A DNA stretch of 64,000 nt from Eledone cirrhosa. Its lineage: Eukaryota. The translations under genes were made by a program, and so were the position numbers. Position 1 is the stretch's first letter, and each line of letters opens with the position of its first letter. Location: assembly GCA_964016885.1 (NCBI GenBank), contig OZ024742.1, forward strand, positions 96,720,001 through 96,784,000, written 5' to 3'. Positions 39,059-51,568 of this stretch are shown here, in pieces. The notes below the pieces were generated by a model that was not told where the DNA came from, did not search any database, and was given only the letters and a program-made list of their open reading frames with translations.

Positions 39059-40770
39059 CTTTCTTTATTAACCACAAGGGTTGACATAAAGTATAGCATT
39101 AAGGACGGTACAGGACAGTACAAATGAGCATTTCTGCATGTAAACAAAAAACAATAACAAAGGAAATAAGAAAAAAATGAAACAAAGGAAAATTCCCCAA
39201 TAGGAGGGAGACTTCCGAGGCCCACTCGTGGAGAAAGCCCATTAAAAAAGCCACAGTGAAGGGAAAGTGCCCTCTCCCAGTTTTCCAACTCCAATCTACA
39301 GACACATACTCAGAGCAGGCCAACTCACTCAGGCCATGCATGCCTCTCTCACCAATCTTTCAACAAATTGCTGGGAAGGGTTCACTTCCCTCTCCACCCT
39401 TATTTTCCTTTTCAAATGAAATTTGAAAAAGTTAATCAGGGCATCACCGATGAGGTAAGTGCTCACCTTCAGCCCTTTCAAATGCATTCACCCACGACCT
39501 CTTTCGCCATAGCCACCAGGCAGATAAAAACTGCCTGCCCTTCCTGGTTAAAGGAAGGCAGTGGGGCAATCCACACAATGGACTTAGCTGATAGCCAAAT
39601 CTGTCCTACAATGACAGCAGGTGTTTGACATAAGACCACAAGTCAGCAATGCTTGGACAGTGGACGAGTGCATGCAGGACAGTTTTGTTGCCCTGCATGC
39701 ATCTCAGACAGGCCCAGCTGACGGCACTTCCATGTCTGTAGAATTTATCCTGAACTGGCAAAGATCCTCAGTAGCACTGTCAGGCCAGGGGTTTCTTGAA
39801 GCTGTCCATGGGCCTCAGCCCAAAACTTCTCCCGAAGAGATTCGCTAGTTGATTTTCATCGATGCCCAGTGTCTCCCCAAGTATGTTGTTGCTCTTTCCT
39901 TCTACTAACCCTCTATAGAATGCCAAGATGGAGTTCCCACCGATTGTCTCGCCCGATTGGTCGAGGACTGTGAGTGCCTAAAGACATTCCAATTTCCAAG
40001 CGTTCGCTCTCAGTCTTCGCTTGACCCAGGACTGCAGCTCCATCAAGGAGACGAGCTGGTAGAAAACATGTTTAGCAAATGGCGACCACATCTGTTCACT
40101 GTCGAGGAAGAGGTGGAGATGCCATAGCCTGAGTGCATGTCTGTGCATTATCAGCCATGGCATGCCTAGCCTTCCATATAGCAGGTGTTGACAGCAGATG
40201 GACTGCCTGACCATCGGAGTGCATCACTTCCACAAAAAGAGCAAATACTCCAGTGCAGTCAGGCAAGGCTTAGGTCAAGGTACGACAGTCAGGCGGTAGT
40301 AGATGATGGACACAATGTATGCATACGCCACCTCTGCTCGACCTTTCAGGGATAGCTTCCTCTCGGCCCATTTCTCGGACCATCCCAGTTTTTGTCCATC
40401 TGGAGTTCTGGACCATACCGGATCCCTAGCAAATTAACCAGTCCACCTCCTGATCCTGGCCGGCTTAGAGATGCGTACACATTGTAACCACCAAAGATGG
40501 ATGCAAAGGCATGTGCCTCGGAAAATCCGGTCTCTCCGATGGCCACCACATCGACATTCATTGATCTGAGGTCGTTGAGCAGGTGACCCTGCTTCCATGA
40601 TGACAACAGGTCCCATGCATTTATGCTGCCTATTCAGAGTAATGTCACGTTGATTGAGGATAGGTGAGAAAGGATTGTTTACCTTGTTTGTGTAGAGAAA
40701 GGTCAGTTGAATCATCCCTTTGGCTGGTCGTGGGCACCTACTTGAGAATATCTGTGCATATTCTTTTTGT
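39058..40770 (-). mobile_element. Tx1/L1-clade element, degenerate and internally deleted
   Basis: The APE N-terminus (LRSMNVDVVAIGET) is joined at ~40435 to a post-RT segment (LLGIRYGP...KNW). GRLGMP motif present. C-terminus homologous to 15106-15800. Confidence 0.8.
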
Positions 40771-40869
40771 CAGCGACCCTCTGAAATCCCAAACCAAGTT
40801 GGTAAATTTACTATTTAAATCTTTGGGATCCAGCCTCTCGGGTTTACTGGCCAGTTCATATATGAACAG

Positions 40870-41085
40870 GCTGGAATGCCGAGTAATCAGCTCCTGCAAC
40901 ACCTGCGCTTTCTTCACTTGATATATGGATGATATACTCATCCTCACATCCACCAAGAAGAATGCCAACAAGATTTTCAAACCTTTCAACAATGCTGACA
41001 ATAACATCAAGTTCAACATCGAACATTCCGCCGACTCCGGGTCCCTTGTTCTATTTGATTTCAAACTGAATATCTTTGATGTATA
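40870..41085 (+). pseudogene. Penelope-like element reverse transcriptase fragment
   Basis: FFT*YMDDILIL...FN.AD.NIKFNIE....SLVLFD matches the PLE RT motifs RYxDD, NIKFT.E and L.FLD. Confidence 0.75.
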
Positions 41086-41131
41086 TATAATACTTCCCAC
41101 AAAACTCACATTCAATCCATTCACCATATAT

Positions 41132-41515
41132 AGGGCGGTGGATTGGCAGTACCGGTAGAGGGTCGGACGCCATGCTTTGACGCATAGAGTTACGGCCCTT
41201 GACATTCTGAGTTCAAATCCCGCCGAGGTTAACTTTGCCTTTCATCCTTATGGGGTCGATAAAATAAAGTACCAGTAATGCACTGGGTAATTGCTGGCCT
41301 TGTGCCAAAAGTAGAAACAATTATAAGGGCGGTGGATTGGCAGTATCTGTAGAGGGTCGGACGCCATGCTTTCCAGCATAGTTACGTCCCTTTACGATCT
41401 GAGTTCAAATCCCGCCGAGGTTGACTTTGCCTTTCATCCTTACGGGGTCGATAAAATAAAGAACCAGTAATGCACTGGGTATTTGCTGGCCTTGTGCCTA
41501 AAGTAGAAACAATTA
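41132..41515 (+). mobile_element. Head-to-tail dimer of young SINE family 1 copies
   Basis: Two full ~190-bp copies with box A TGGCAGTA.C.GTAG and box B GAGTTCAAATCC. Confidence 0.9.
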
Positions 41516-41772
41516 TCATACTCATACTTAAAGAGCACTACTGGCAAAAACTAACACCCATCTGAGAGCTATCACTACTGTCATTACCATATTAAAGCCC
41601 AACCCACTGCCATTGTCTCTGGTATAAACACCCATATTAAAGCTACCATAGCTGTCTTTGTCACAATTGTCATTATCACTAGTCATCTACACTATTATTA
41701 TCATCGTCATGATTTTAAAGACTGCCATCATCACTGGTGATAAAATGATCACTCACTCTAAAGCTGGCATCA

Positions 41773-41958
41773 TCTGGCAGTATCGGTAGAGGGTTGGATG
41801 CTATGCTTTGATGCACAGAGTTACGGCCTTTGCCATTCTGAGTTCGAATCCCGCCGAGGTTAACTTTGCCTTTCATCCTTACGGGGTCGATAAAATAAAG
41901 TACCAGTAATGCACTGGGTAATTGCTGGCCTTGGGCTAAAAAGTAGAAACAATTATTA
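41773..41958 (+). mobile_element. SINE family 1 copy
   Basis: Near full-length match. Confidence 0.85.
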
Positions 41959-41959
41959 T

Positions 41960-42720
41960 CATCACGACCCCCTTCAACCTTCATCAATTGTAAAATTAAC
42001 CACACTACAACTACCACAGCTGTCATCATCACTGATAAAACTAACACCCACACTATAACTACCACTATTATCATCATTATCAAGGCAACTACCACTACTA
42101 CCACCACTGGTAAAATTAACACTCTCACTACAGTTACCACAATCATCATCATCGTCATCATGGTCAGGATATTCACCATCATTATAAGGACCATCACTAC
42201 TACCACCAAATCTATGATCTATGCTGTAATTACTCCCACTGTAATTCTTAACACAATCAGCATTACAATCTTGTTACCACCACAACCGTCACCATTCTTA
42301 ACATTGCCATAAAATCTACCGCTGTCACCTTCTCTGCACCAGAATTGTCATTTTATTTTTCCAGAATCAGCAACACTAGTATCATCATAATCATTAACTG
42401 AAGTAACATCAATATAAACAAAATAACAATCACCATTATCATCTCCATGGCAAAAATTACAAGCACCATTGAGACATCTTATCAACATTACCATCATCAG
42501 GTTTAACAGATCACGGTTGACCTGTAACATTCCAACACCATCATCATTTTCATATTCATTGTCGTCATGATAATCATCATCAATATCATCATCATCATCA
42601 AAGTCATCATCATACTGTAACTACCATTATCATTCATTATCACTGACATTATCATCACCTTCATCACCAACAGCAGTAAGTTTATCATAATCATCAATGC
42701 CAGTATCAAGTTATCACGGT
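41960..42720. repeat. (CAT/CAC/ACT)n degenerate low-complexity tract
   Basis: Decayed trinucleotide repeats. Confidence 0.8.
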
Positions 42721-42756
42721 GATAACAGTGATAGCCTAAGAATTATATCAATAATA

Positions 42757-43107
42757 GGAGGCACATGGCTTAGTGATTAGAGCATTGGCCTTGCAATCGA
42801 AAGGTTGTGAGTTCAATTCTCAGACCGGGTGATGTGTTGTTTCCTTGAGCAAGACACTTTTTTTCACATTGCTCCAGTTTACTCAGCTGTAGAAATGAGA
42901 TGATAGGGACTGGGGTCCATATCATTCCACTGTAAAGTGGTCGTGGAGGTGCCACGGCAAAAAAACACCCACCACTCATTGTAAATGAGGTTGGTGTTAG
43001 GAAGGGCATCCAGCTGTAGAAATCAAGCCAGAATTAGTTCCCGTCCCACCCTTGCAAGCAGGGAAAAGTGGACGTAAAATGAAATGATGAAATGATGAAA
43101 TGATGAT
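42757..43107 (+). mobile_element. SINE family 2 with RTE-derived 3' tail
   Basis: tRNA head and core, then a tail matching the 3' UTR of the RTE at 54690-54955. Nearly identical to 58522-58869. Confidence 0.9.
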
Positions 43108-43320
43108 ACATGTGTCTGTGGAATACTCAGCCACAAATATTAATATAACAAGTTGGGTGTTCAGTTGGTCAAACAACAGAATGTTCATCATCAAAATCAA
43201 GGGAAGATCCATCATTTTATATTAAAGACTTGTACAATCTTTTGTTGTATCTTAGGGTGTTTGGCTCACAATTTTAAAATCATGAGTTTGATTGCTAGCA
43301 GTGTGCTGTGTCGAGCTATA

Positions 43321-43516
43321 CAAGGGTCAGCTGAAAAGTTCATAGGTTGACTATGAAAGAGTAATACTAGAGTTGTGAAATCTTGCATACATTAAATTCA
43401 ACTCTCCTTATAATAACTGTATTTTATGTTTCCAAGGATTATGTTGAAATATAAACCCCATTTGGTTAGTCCATGAGAGTGTCTTGGTACACCTATGAAC
43501 TTTTCAGCCAACCACC
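43321..43516. mobile_element. Mariner-type MITE
   Basis: TIRs GGGTCAGCTGAAAAGTTCATAGGT / ACCTATGAACTTTTCAGCCAACC. Confidence 0.7.
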
Positions 43517-43751
43517 AGTCAACTCAGCTGATAAAAATGAATTCTATCTATAATTCAAAAATGCCAGCCTTGTTATAAGCTGAATCTCATGGAAAATTAT
43601 GAAAAGTGCGCACTTGTCTGTGGAATAATCAGTCACTTACACATTAAAGACACGAACAGGTTATGTTGTTCTAATAATTGGACAGCTTTGTTGGAACCTA
43701 CATAGTTTCAACAACAACTAGGAGGAATAACATATAACTATGTGAAACTTT

Positions 43752-43960
43752 AGGCAACAGGTCCAGTGGTTATGGTGATGGATTTACTATCATAAGGTCA
43801 TGGGTTCGATTCCTGGATTTGGCAACATGTGTTCTTGAACAAGACACCTCATTTCTTATTGTTTTCCATAAGACTGGGGCCCCTACAACCAGGAGATCTC
43901 CTATGAGATTCAGCCTCATAAGAGGCCAACAAAACCTGCATAGGTGTGAGCCGTAACAAT
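43752..43960 (+). mobile_element. SINE family 2 copy (tail type c)
   Basis: Box B GGTTCGATTCC, core TTCTTGAACAAGACACC, and a distinct hairpin-rich tail. Confidence 0.65.
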
Positions 43961-44824
43961 GTATATATACAGCTATGATGAGAAAACTATGAGAAAACTC
44001 ATGAGAGGCAGCCCCATAGGGGGCCTGCTAAACCTACATAGGTACCAGCTTAAACAAAAACAAGGTATAAATCTATAATTAAAGCACTTGAGATGCAACT
44101 TCATTGGAGGCTAGCTAAATATACATAGGTGTGAGGCATAAATATCATTTCATTTCATATACAAATCCAGGTTGAATGCTGAACATAGACTGATGTATCT
44201 TGAGGACTGTAGTGAAGGTCTTACGTTGATTTTAGAAATTTGGCAAAAGAAGGGTCCTGAGAGTGGTGGTAGAGGTAATGCTAATGGTTGTGGTGAATGA
44301 AGGTTATAGTGGTAATGGTGGTGGTGATAGGGGAGCTGATGTTAATGCTTGTGGTGGTTCTGATGATGATGAGAATGAGTATAAGTGTGATGGTAGTGAT
44401 TTTGATAGTAGTGGTGCTGGTGATGATGATGGTGTTTATTGCCATGATGGTGATGATAGTGAAACTGATTATGGAGATGGTGGAGATATCAATTACGATG
44501 ATGTTGGTGATACTGGCAATGCTGCTGATGGAAAGAAGGAGGTGCGATATCCTTATAATTTTGTGATTTGAAAATGAGTTGGATGATTCAACAAATTCTG
44601 ATATTTTTTTAAATTGTATGAAATAATATATATTCATTTCTCACAGAGATACAAGGCCACCAATTTAAAAATGGAGAGTATAGTAAATTAGATAAGTTCC
44701 AGCATTTTACTTGTATTTAATTTTAACAACATTGGAATTTCGAAAGGTAGCAAAGCTGTCTAACCCATGCTAGCATGGAAAAATGACGTTAAATGGTGAT
44801 AATGATGATGATGATGATAATGAT

Positions 44825-45125
44825 AAAAGACCACCTCCCTTGAATCACAAATGACCATGCATTTTGCACCTGGAAAATTACTCTCTAAGGCTCAAGCCTG
44901 GGCAAGGTGCCTTTGTGGGTGACCAGCAGCTGCCTCCTTCTCTACAACACTGATGTTATGCATGGGAAAGGCGAATGCTGATACAGCTTGGTACCAGTGA
45001 CATCACAAGTCATTTTTTCCCCAGCTGAATGAATTGTAGCAATAAAAAATAAAGCTTCTTGCTCAAAGACACAATGCACTGCCAGATCTGGGAATTTAAC
45101 TCATAACCTCATTTTTGTAAACCCA
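44825..45125 (-). mobile_element. SINE family 2 copy (tail type b), old
   Basis: Reverse-complement similarity to 11430-11740. Confidence 0.65.
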
Positions 45126-45193
45126 AACCCAATGTGTGTGCCTATATATATATATATATATATAAACTGTGAAGTTTATATATATATATATTT

Positions 45194-45467
45194 AAAGTAA
45201 GTAGGACTGAAGTCACTGTTGCAGTATATGTATAAACTTTATTGGCATATTACAATTCTTTCAATATCAATCAGCTCAGAGTAAAATCATAGTGACCGAG
45301 GGCCGACTCTTCCTTGACATCACATTAGACACACATTCCATATCTGATGAGATGTCAAGAAAGAGTGAGGGCTCAGTCATTATGATTGTATCCTGAACTG
45401 ATCAATATTGAAACAATTGTATTATGTCAATAATGCTGCAGCACTGTCTATGATCCTACTTACTTTA
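45194..45467. mobile_element. Diverged fold-back element with hammerhead core
   Basis: Imperfect arms 45194-45328 / 45342-45467. Plus strand reads CATAT-CTGATGA-GATGT...ATATT-GAAA-CAATTG-TA. Confidence 0.7.
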
Positions 45468-45603
45468 TTTATACACTACACACTACAGCTGCATTAACTC
45501 TGGAATACAACCCAACATGAGATGGACCACTAAACAGCATTGAGTGCTTTGAATGGTGCACTGTCCATAACAATAGTTACATGCTTAACTAATATATATA
45601 ATA

Positions 45604-46534
<931 letters not shown>

Positions 46535-46748
46535 AAAAGAGTCAGGACCATGACGGCTGTGCTCCACTGTTTCAACAGCTAGATCCGAACCAATCCAGCA
46601 GTATGAGGATGGCAGGGACCATATATATACATGATGCAAGCAGGGAAAAGCGAACGTAAAATGATGATGATGATGATGATGATATATATATATATATATA
46701 TATTTTTTTTTTTTTTGGATTTAATGCTCTGAAATAGCGATATATATG

Positions 46749-47152
46749 TGAAGACAAACATAGAATATTCGAAAATACTCTGTATGTTTATAATAAACAT
46801 TTTGAAGACCTAATCGCTATAGAATAGAATACGTCACGTATTACAATTTGAGATTCTCGATAAAAGCAAGGGAAGTAACCTACGCGTTTCATTCGGCTAC
46901 CGCTCTTTCAAACCAGTTCCTGTACACAGCTAAGTATTCTATAAGTCTCTAGCTGTGTCGTTCTCGATAAAAGCATTGGATATGTAATCCTGATGATTTC
47001 TAACAAGAATGAAACGCGTAGGTTACTTCCCTTGCTTTTATCGAGAATCTCAAATTGTAATACGTGACGTATTCTATTCTATAGCGATTAGGTCTTCAAA
47101 ATGTTTATTATAAACATACAGAGTATTTTCGAATATTCTATGTTTGTCTTCA
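46749..47152. mobile_element. Fold-back mini-element with perfect 146-bp arms and hammerhead ribozyme
   Basis: Arms 46749-46894 / 47007-47152, in TA-rich flanks. Confidence 0.85.
46961..47047 (+). ncRNA. Minimal type I hammerhead ribozyme
   Basis: GTAATC-CTGATGA-TTTCTAACAAGAAT-GAAA-CGCG-TA-GGTTAC. Stem I is extended by TTCTCGATAAAAGCA/TGCTTTTATCGAGAA. Confidence 0.8.
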
Positions 47153-47233
47153 TATATATATATATATATATATATACCAATGCTAGCATGGAAAATAGAT
47201 GTTAAACAATGATGATGATTATATATATATATA

Positions 47234-47779
47234 CGACGGTAGCCACGGAATAGGCAGACCTAGAAAAACCTGGGACGAGCTGATAAACTCCGACCTCACA
47301 CACTTACACCTCTCCAAGACAATGTCACTGGACCGAGACCTTTGGCGGTACTCAGTAACAGAGAAGACCCGCCTTACCTAAGTACATAGTAAAACCTACT
47401 ACAGCCAGTAGGCATCTCTAACAAAATACACCCCCCCCCCGTCCCACCACCCCCACCCCATCCACACCACCCCGTTCTATGTAAAGTTGTGTTGGTGCCA
47501 CACCATCCAGGCCGAAACAAATGAGATCGTGTAGGTGTCACGACAAAAAACACACAGTCCACGCTGTAATGTGGCCGTGTAGGTAACACGGTAAAAACCT
47601 CCCAGCCCCACACTGTAAATGTGGTTGGTGTTAGGAAGGGCATCCAACTGTAGAAAACCTGCCAGACAGTCCTATGCGAGCAAGACAATCACTCTTGCCT
47701 CAAGTGGGACTACCCCCGTCCAAACCCATGCAAGCGTGGAACACGGACGTTAAACGTTGATGATGATGATGATGATGAT
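47234..47779 (+). mobile_element. RTE LINE short 3' fragment
   Basis: DGSHGIGRPRKTWD...LWRYSV, 3' UTR and (GAT)n tail. Close reverse-complement match to 45604-46130. Confidence 0.9.
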
Positions 47780-48556
47780 ACATATACACACACATAACAA
47801 TTTATCTGTCTTCTTTTTCTCTCTCTATATTTCTCCTGCTTTCTCTATTGATCCATTTCTATTGATTTAAATACTCTATTTTAAGTGACTACTTAAAATT
47901 TAATAGAATCTTATACACATCACCATGTATATGCATACATGTATTTATGTATGAATGTATGTATATTCTTGTGTGTATATGTATGTGTGTGTAAATATAT
48001 AAATATATATATATATATAGCAATAGTAGCATTTGCTATGGGCCCCAATATTTTCAGGGGCCTTTGCTAAATGTTTTTCCCTATACTACTATACTATCTT
48101 TAAACTTCATCTCTCACAAACAGAAATATGGCTCTTGAGAAATATATGTATGTGTGTGTGAGTTTTGTCGCATATTTTTCAATGAATGCAAATTTATTTA
48201 TTTTAATACATAATGTTTATTCTCTATAAAATGGGGATCCCAACTTAAATAAGAAATGATAAGCAAAGGAATAACTAAAAGCTCAGGATAGCACCTCTGA
48301 TGAGATTTGAGCCTGTAACAATTTTCGAATTCAAATAAAGATTTTTTTTTTATCAACTCTTATACTCATGCCTCTATCTAAAAAAATATTTGCATAATTT
48401 AAAAATGAAATTTCTTTTGTGATAGAACAAATTCACATTTATAATAATAGGTATTTTAATAAATGCAATATGTGCTTAAGGTCAACACTATCTAATATGG
48501 CATTGTGCATCTTTGAATATATGTGTGGTATATGTGTGTGAATATGTGTGTATCTT

Positions 48557-48592
<36 letters not shown>

Positions 48593-48781
48593 CTAGCGGA
48601 GCTACCCGGCTTCGCTCAGTGTTAAAAAGCTTATTTAGAAAAGAATAATATTAACATTTTAATCGTTATTTAAAAACTTCTGTAATTTAGTTTCTATTTT
48701 TTAGATTTTAACATTTATCTTTAAATGACTGAATGACTGACGAATTTAAAGAAAATTCGTTATAAGAACATTTAATTTGTT

Positions 48782-49945
48782 TTACTGAAGTGCTTTTGGA
48801 TACACAATGTTTTTTGTTTTTCCTTCTGGTGCGTACACGAATAAATCAGAAGGTTTACCGACGCGTGAGCAAGCCACATACAGCTGTCCATGTGAGAAGC
48901 ATGGATTTTCTAAATTTAGTCCACACACTTGTAGCGATTGTCCTTGTGCTTTGTTGATAGTCATTGCAAAGGCGAGTCGCACCGGAAACTGCAAACGTTT
49001 GAAATCGAATGGCGTATCTGTTGGAATGATTGGGATGCGTGGCAAGAGTACATCTTCTCCTTTAAATTTTCCATTTAAAATTGTAGCCTCGATGATATTG
49101 TTCATCGTCTTTTTCACTGAAAGTCTGGTACCGTTGCAAAGTTGTGGTGGATTGATGTTTCGGAGAAGGATGATAGGCACGCCAATTTTCAATGTTAAAA
49201 TGTGCGGTGGCATGCCTGGCAAATCAAGTGAATTCAAGAATTCAATTGGATAATTGATAATTTCGTCTTGATTCATTACAGTATCGATGGACTTATACGT
49301 TGTCGCTTCGCCTGGTATTTCGTTTTGAATGCTGAAATTAATGGCATTGACATCGGTGTTTTTGGCTGCTAATATAGCACGTACACTGAGCCACTGATGA
49401 CTTTTGTAATGCTGCGCAATATTTGGGAACACTTTGTGAATCAGTTCGTCTCTGGTTGCCGTGATTCTACAGAAGTTTGTTGGCAATGTGATACATTTTG
49501 TGGAATCATCGATTACCATTTTCCCATTCCCAATATCCAGCAATTGTTTTGTGAAATTTTCAGCGGATGCGTCATTTTGTAGTTGTACACGCATATTGTT
49601 TTTTAAAGTTAATTTCTGTACGTGTCGCCATAAAACTGATGATTTGAGACATGCATTAACCTCATCAGCGGGTGTTGATCGCGGTATAACTGGTAGAGTT
49701 TGTCGAAAATCACCAGACAATAAAATGATTGTGCCACCGAAGAGCTGTTCATTTCCTTTCAAATCTTTTAGCGTATTATTAAGCGCTTCCAATGATTTTT
49801 TGTGCGCCATAGTACATTCGTCCCATATAATGATTTTACATGATTGGAGTACTTTACCTATACCAGAATTTTTGGTAATATTGCATGTTGATGTCTCAGC
49901 GATTTGCATATTCAATGGCAATTTCAGGGCTGAATGTTCGGCCAC
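48782..49945 (-). CDS. Helitron RepHel segment 4: PIF1-family SF1B helicase
   Basis: IIWDE, GDFRQTLPV, LCNGTRL, FAMTINKAQGQSL, HGQLYVACSRV. Confidence 0.92.
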   Translation of the reverse strand: MAEHSALKLPLNMQIAETSTCNITKNSGIGKVLQSCKIIIWDECTMAHKKSLEALNNTLKDLKGNEQLFGGTIILLSGDFRQTLPVIPRSTPADEVNACLKSSVLWRHVQKLTLKNNMRVQLQNDASAENFTKQLLDIGNGKMVIDDSTKCITLPTNFCRITATRDELIHKVFPNIAQHYKSHQWLSVRAILAAKNTDVNAINFSIQNEIPGEATTYKSIDTVMNQDEIINYPIEFLNSLDLPGMPPHILTLKIGVPIILLRNINPPQLCNGTRLSVKKTMNNIIEATILNGKFKGEDVLLPRIPIIPTDTPFDFKRLQFPVRLAFAMTINKAQGQSLQVCGLNLENPCFSHGQLYVACSRVGKPSDLFVYAPEGKTKNIVYPKALQ

Positions 49946-51008
49946 AATCTAAAAGAGTTGCCGTAATTCCAGATGATGCGATTGCCAGTGCAATATTATT
50001 TTCTGATCGTATAGTTGCCAAAATAAGTGAAATGAGAAAAGTTTTGCCTGTACCACCGGGCGCATCTATAAAATACAATCCGCCGCTTTGACTTATAATT
50101 GCCTGCATAATTTGGTCATATACTATGCGTTGTTCTGGTAGCAATTTGGGAAGATTCGTTTGAACAAATGTACCCAATTCGGCGACATCAAAGTTTGTTT
50201 CTCGTTGCAAATCACGATCGAAAATGTCGTTTACAGATCGATTCGGCGCAGGCATTCCCAATTGTACCAATGTTTTGTTAGCGATTGCTAAACATATGAC
50301 CTCAATGGAAACCAATGCTTCATTATACACATTTGGTGTGAATTGAATATTCATATTTTGATTTGTTGCAGGCAAACGATGTAGGATGTCTTCAGTCATG
50401 TAGTCTTTATATTTTTCCCAAAGATCTTTTGGATTTGATGGGAAGCACGTTGTCAATATTATTGAGAATAATGTGCGTATTTGCTTTGGTCGAGCAGTAA
50501 TCGATGCATCAGCGAGTGAAGTGTCCCAATGTCCATCATTTTCAAGAAGATTTAATTCTTGGCAAGCTTCACGATAAGTGGCACATACTTGACCGTTTAC
50601 TGTTCTCAATTCTTGGAATGATGTCGGTCGACGTATGTTAATTAACAACAATCGCAAATAAAAGCATTCTGCATTATTTGGGTGAACAGTGTACAAACGG
50701 CCTAACGCGTCGGTCGAATATAAATTTGGATGTCCTTCAACTACTTTACCCTGTTTGCGACGTTTAAACTTTTTCGTTGGTGTATTCCATGTGTAATATG
50801 TTGGCACTTCAGAATAAAGTAGTGTCTTTGCAAACACATCTTCGCTGCACAATGAGAAAAACGCAGTTAACGTTGTTGGCGGTGGTGTCAGTGCCCTTGC
50901 ACGTACATTTTCAGTTGTGAAGTATACGCGTTGTCCATTTTCAAGGTGCACCGCCAAATGAACAACTGTTGGATGTCGATGATGGATTGGAAATGAAAAA
51001 ATCGCCAT
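49896..51008 (-). CDS. Helitron RepHel segment 3: linker and helicase Walker A
   Basis: LAVHLENGQ, FYLRLLL, TYREAC, FIDAPGGTGKT. Frameshift near 49940. Confidence 0.9.
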   Translation of the reverse strand: MAIFSFPIHHRHPTVVHLAVHLENGQRVYFTTENVRARALTPPPTTLTAFFSLCSEDVFAKTLLYSEVPTYYTWNTPTKKFKRRKQGKVVEGHPNLYSTDALGRLYTVHPNNAECFYLRLLLINIRRPTSFQELRTVNGQVCATYREACQELNLLENDGHWDTSLADASITARPKQIRTLFSIILTTCFPSNPKDLWEKYKDYMTEDILHRLPATNQNMNIQFTPNVYNEALVSIEVICLAIANKTLVQLGMPAPNRSVNDIFDRDLQRETNFDVAELGTFVQTNLPKLLPEQRIVYDQIMQAIISQSGGLYFIDAPGGTGKTFLISLILATIRSENNIALAIASSGITATLLDCGRTFSPEIAIEYANR

Positions 51009-51556
51009 ACTGCTTCATTACTACTAATGTAGCGTCCCAGTTGGTATTGGTCGATTTCATGGATAGGTGTAGTTGCATTGCACACTCCAAAGACTGCCAT
51101 ATCGCTTCCTTTGTTGATATATTTGCAAATGTACTTGATCGCTTTCACCGAATTGCAATACTCGACATTGATGTGTGCTTTGAACGTCTTAGAGAGTAAC
51201 GGTGAATATGGTACAATCCAACGATTATTGACTTCAACATAATTGTTTCGTACTTTTAAAGTGATGGATTTGCCGCCATCTTCAGTTGCTCGTCGACGAT
51301 AGAGTGGATATCCGTCATTGCCAGTGATAGTGTCGGCAAGTAAGTCTTTTGGGTATTGTTTCGTGCATTTCCCATCAGACATGCATGGTGAATTGTTGTT
51401 GAGTAAGCCACATGGACCATGAATCATGTTTTTAGTGATGACTTCAAATAAGTCTGGATCAACGTTGACATCTGGTATTTCTGCTGAGATGATTTGATCA
51501 ATTTGATCTGGTATGACTTTTTCAATCAACCAAATCAAAATGTGTGCATGTGGCAA
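50888..51556 (-). CDS. Helitron RepHel segment 2: HUH endonuclease motifs 2 and 3
   Basis: LPHAHIL, MIHGPCG, GYPLYRRR, HINVEYC, IKYICKYINKG. Frameshift near 51000. Confidence 0.9.
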   Translation of the reverse strand: MPHAHILIWLIEKVIPDQIDQIISAEIPDVNVDPDLFEVITKNMIHGPCGLLNNNSPCMSDGKCTKQYPKDLLADTITGNDGYPLYRRRATEDGGKSITLKVRNNYVEVNNRWIVPYSPLLSKTFKAHINVEYCNSVKAIKYICKYINKGSDMAVFGVCNATTPIHEIDQYQLGRYISSNEAVWRFFHFQSIIDIQQLFIWRCTLKMDNAYTSQLKMYVQGH

Positions 51557-51568
51557 TCCTCTTTTTTG

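Noticed and set aside
41132-41225. tRNA gene
   Set aside because: Boxes A and B are present but there is no clean cloverleaf, and the sequence continues into a SINE body in many copies.
44263-44571. Asp/Gly-rich acidic protein ORF
   Set aside because: Degenerate (GAT/GGT)n tract that is open in several frames.
48295-48345. CTGATGAG hairpin as a ribozyme
   Set aside because: Lacks a correctly placed GAAA and stems I/III.
48782-49945. Host PIF1 helicase gene
   Set aside because: It is contiguous with the Rep/HUH domain and enclosed by Helitron termini.
48807-49952. Plus-strand ORFs overlapping the Helitron helicase (likewise 55118-56410 over the RTE)
   Set aside because: Antisense shadows of real coding frames with no independent motifs.
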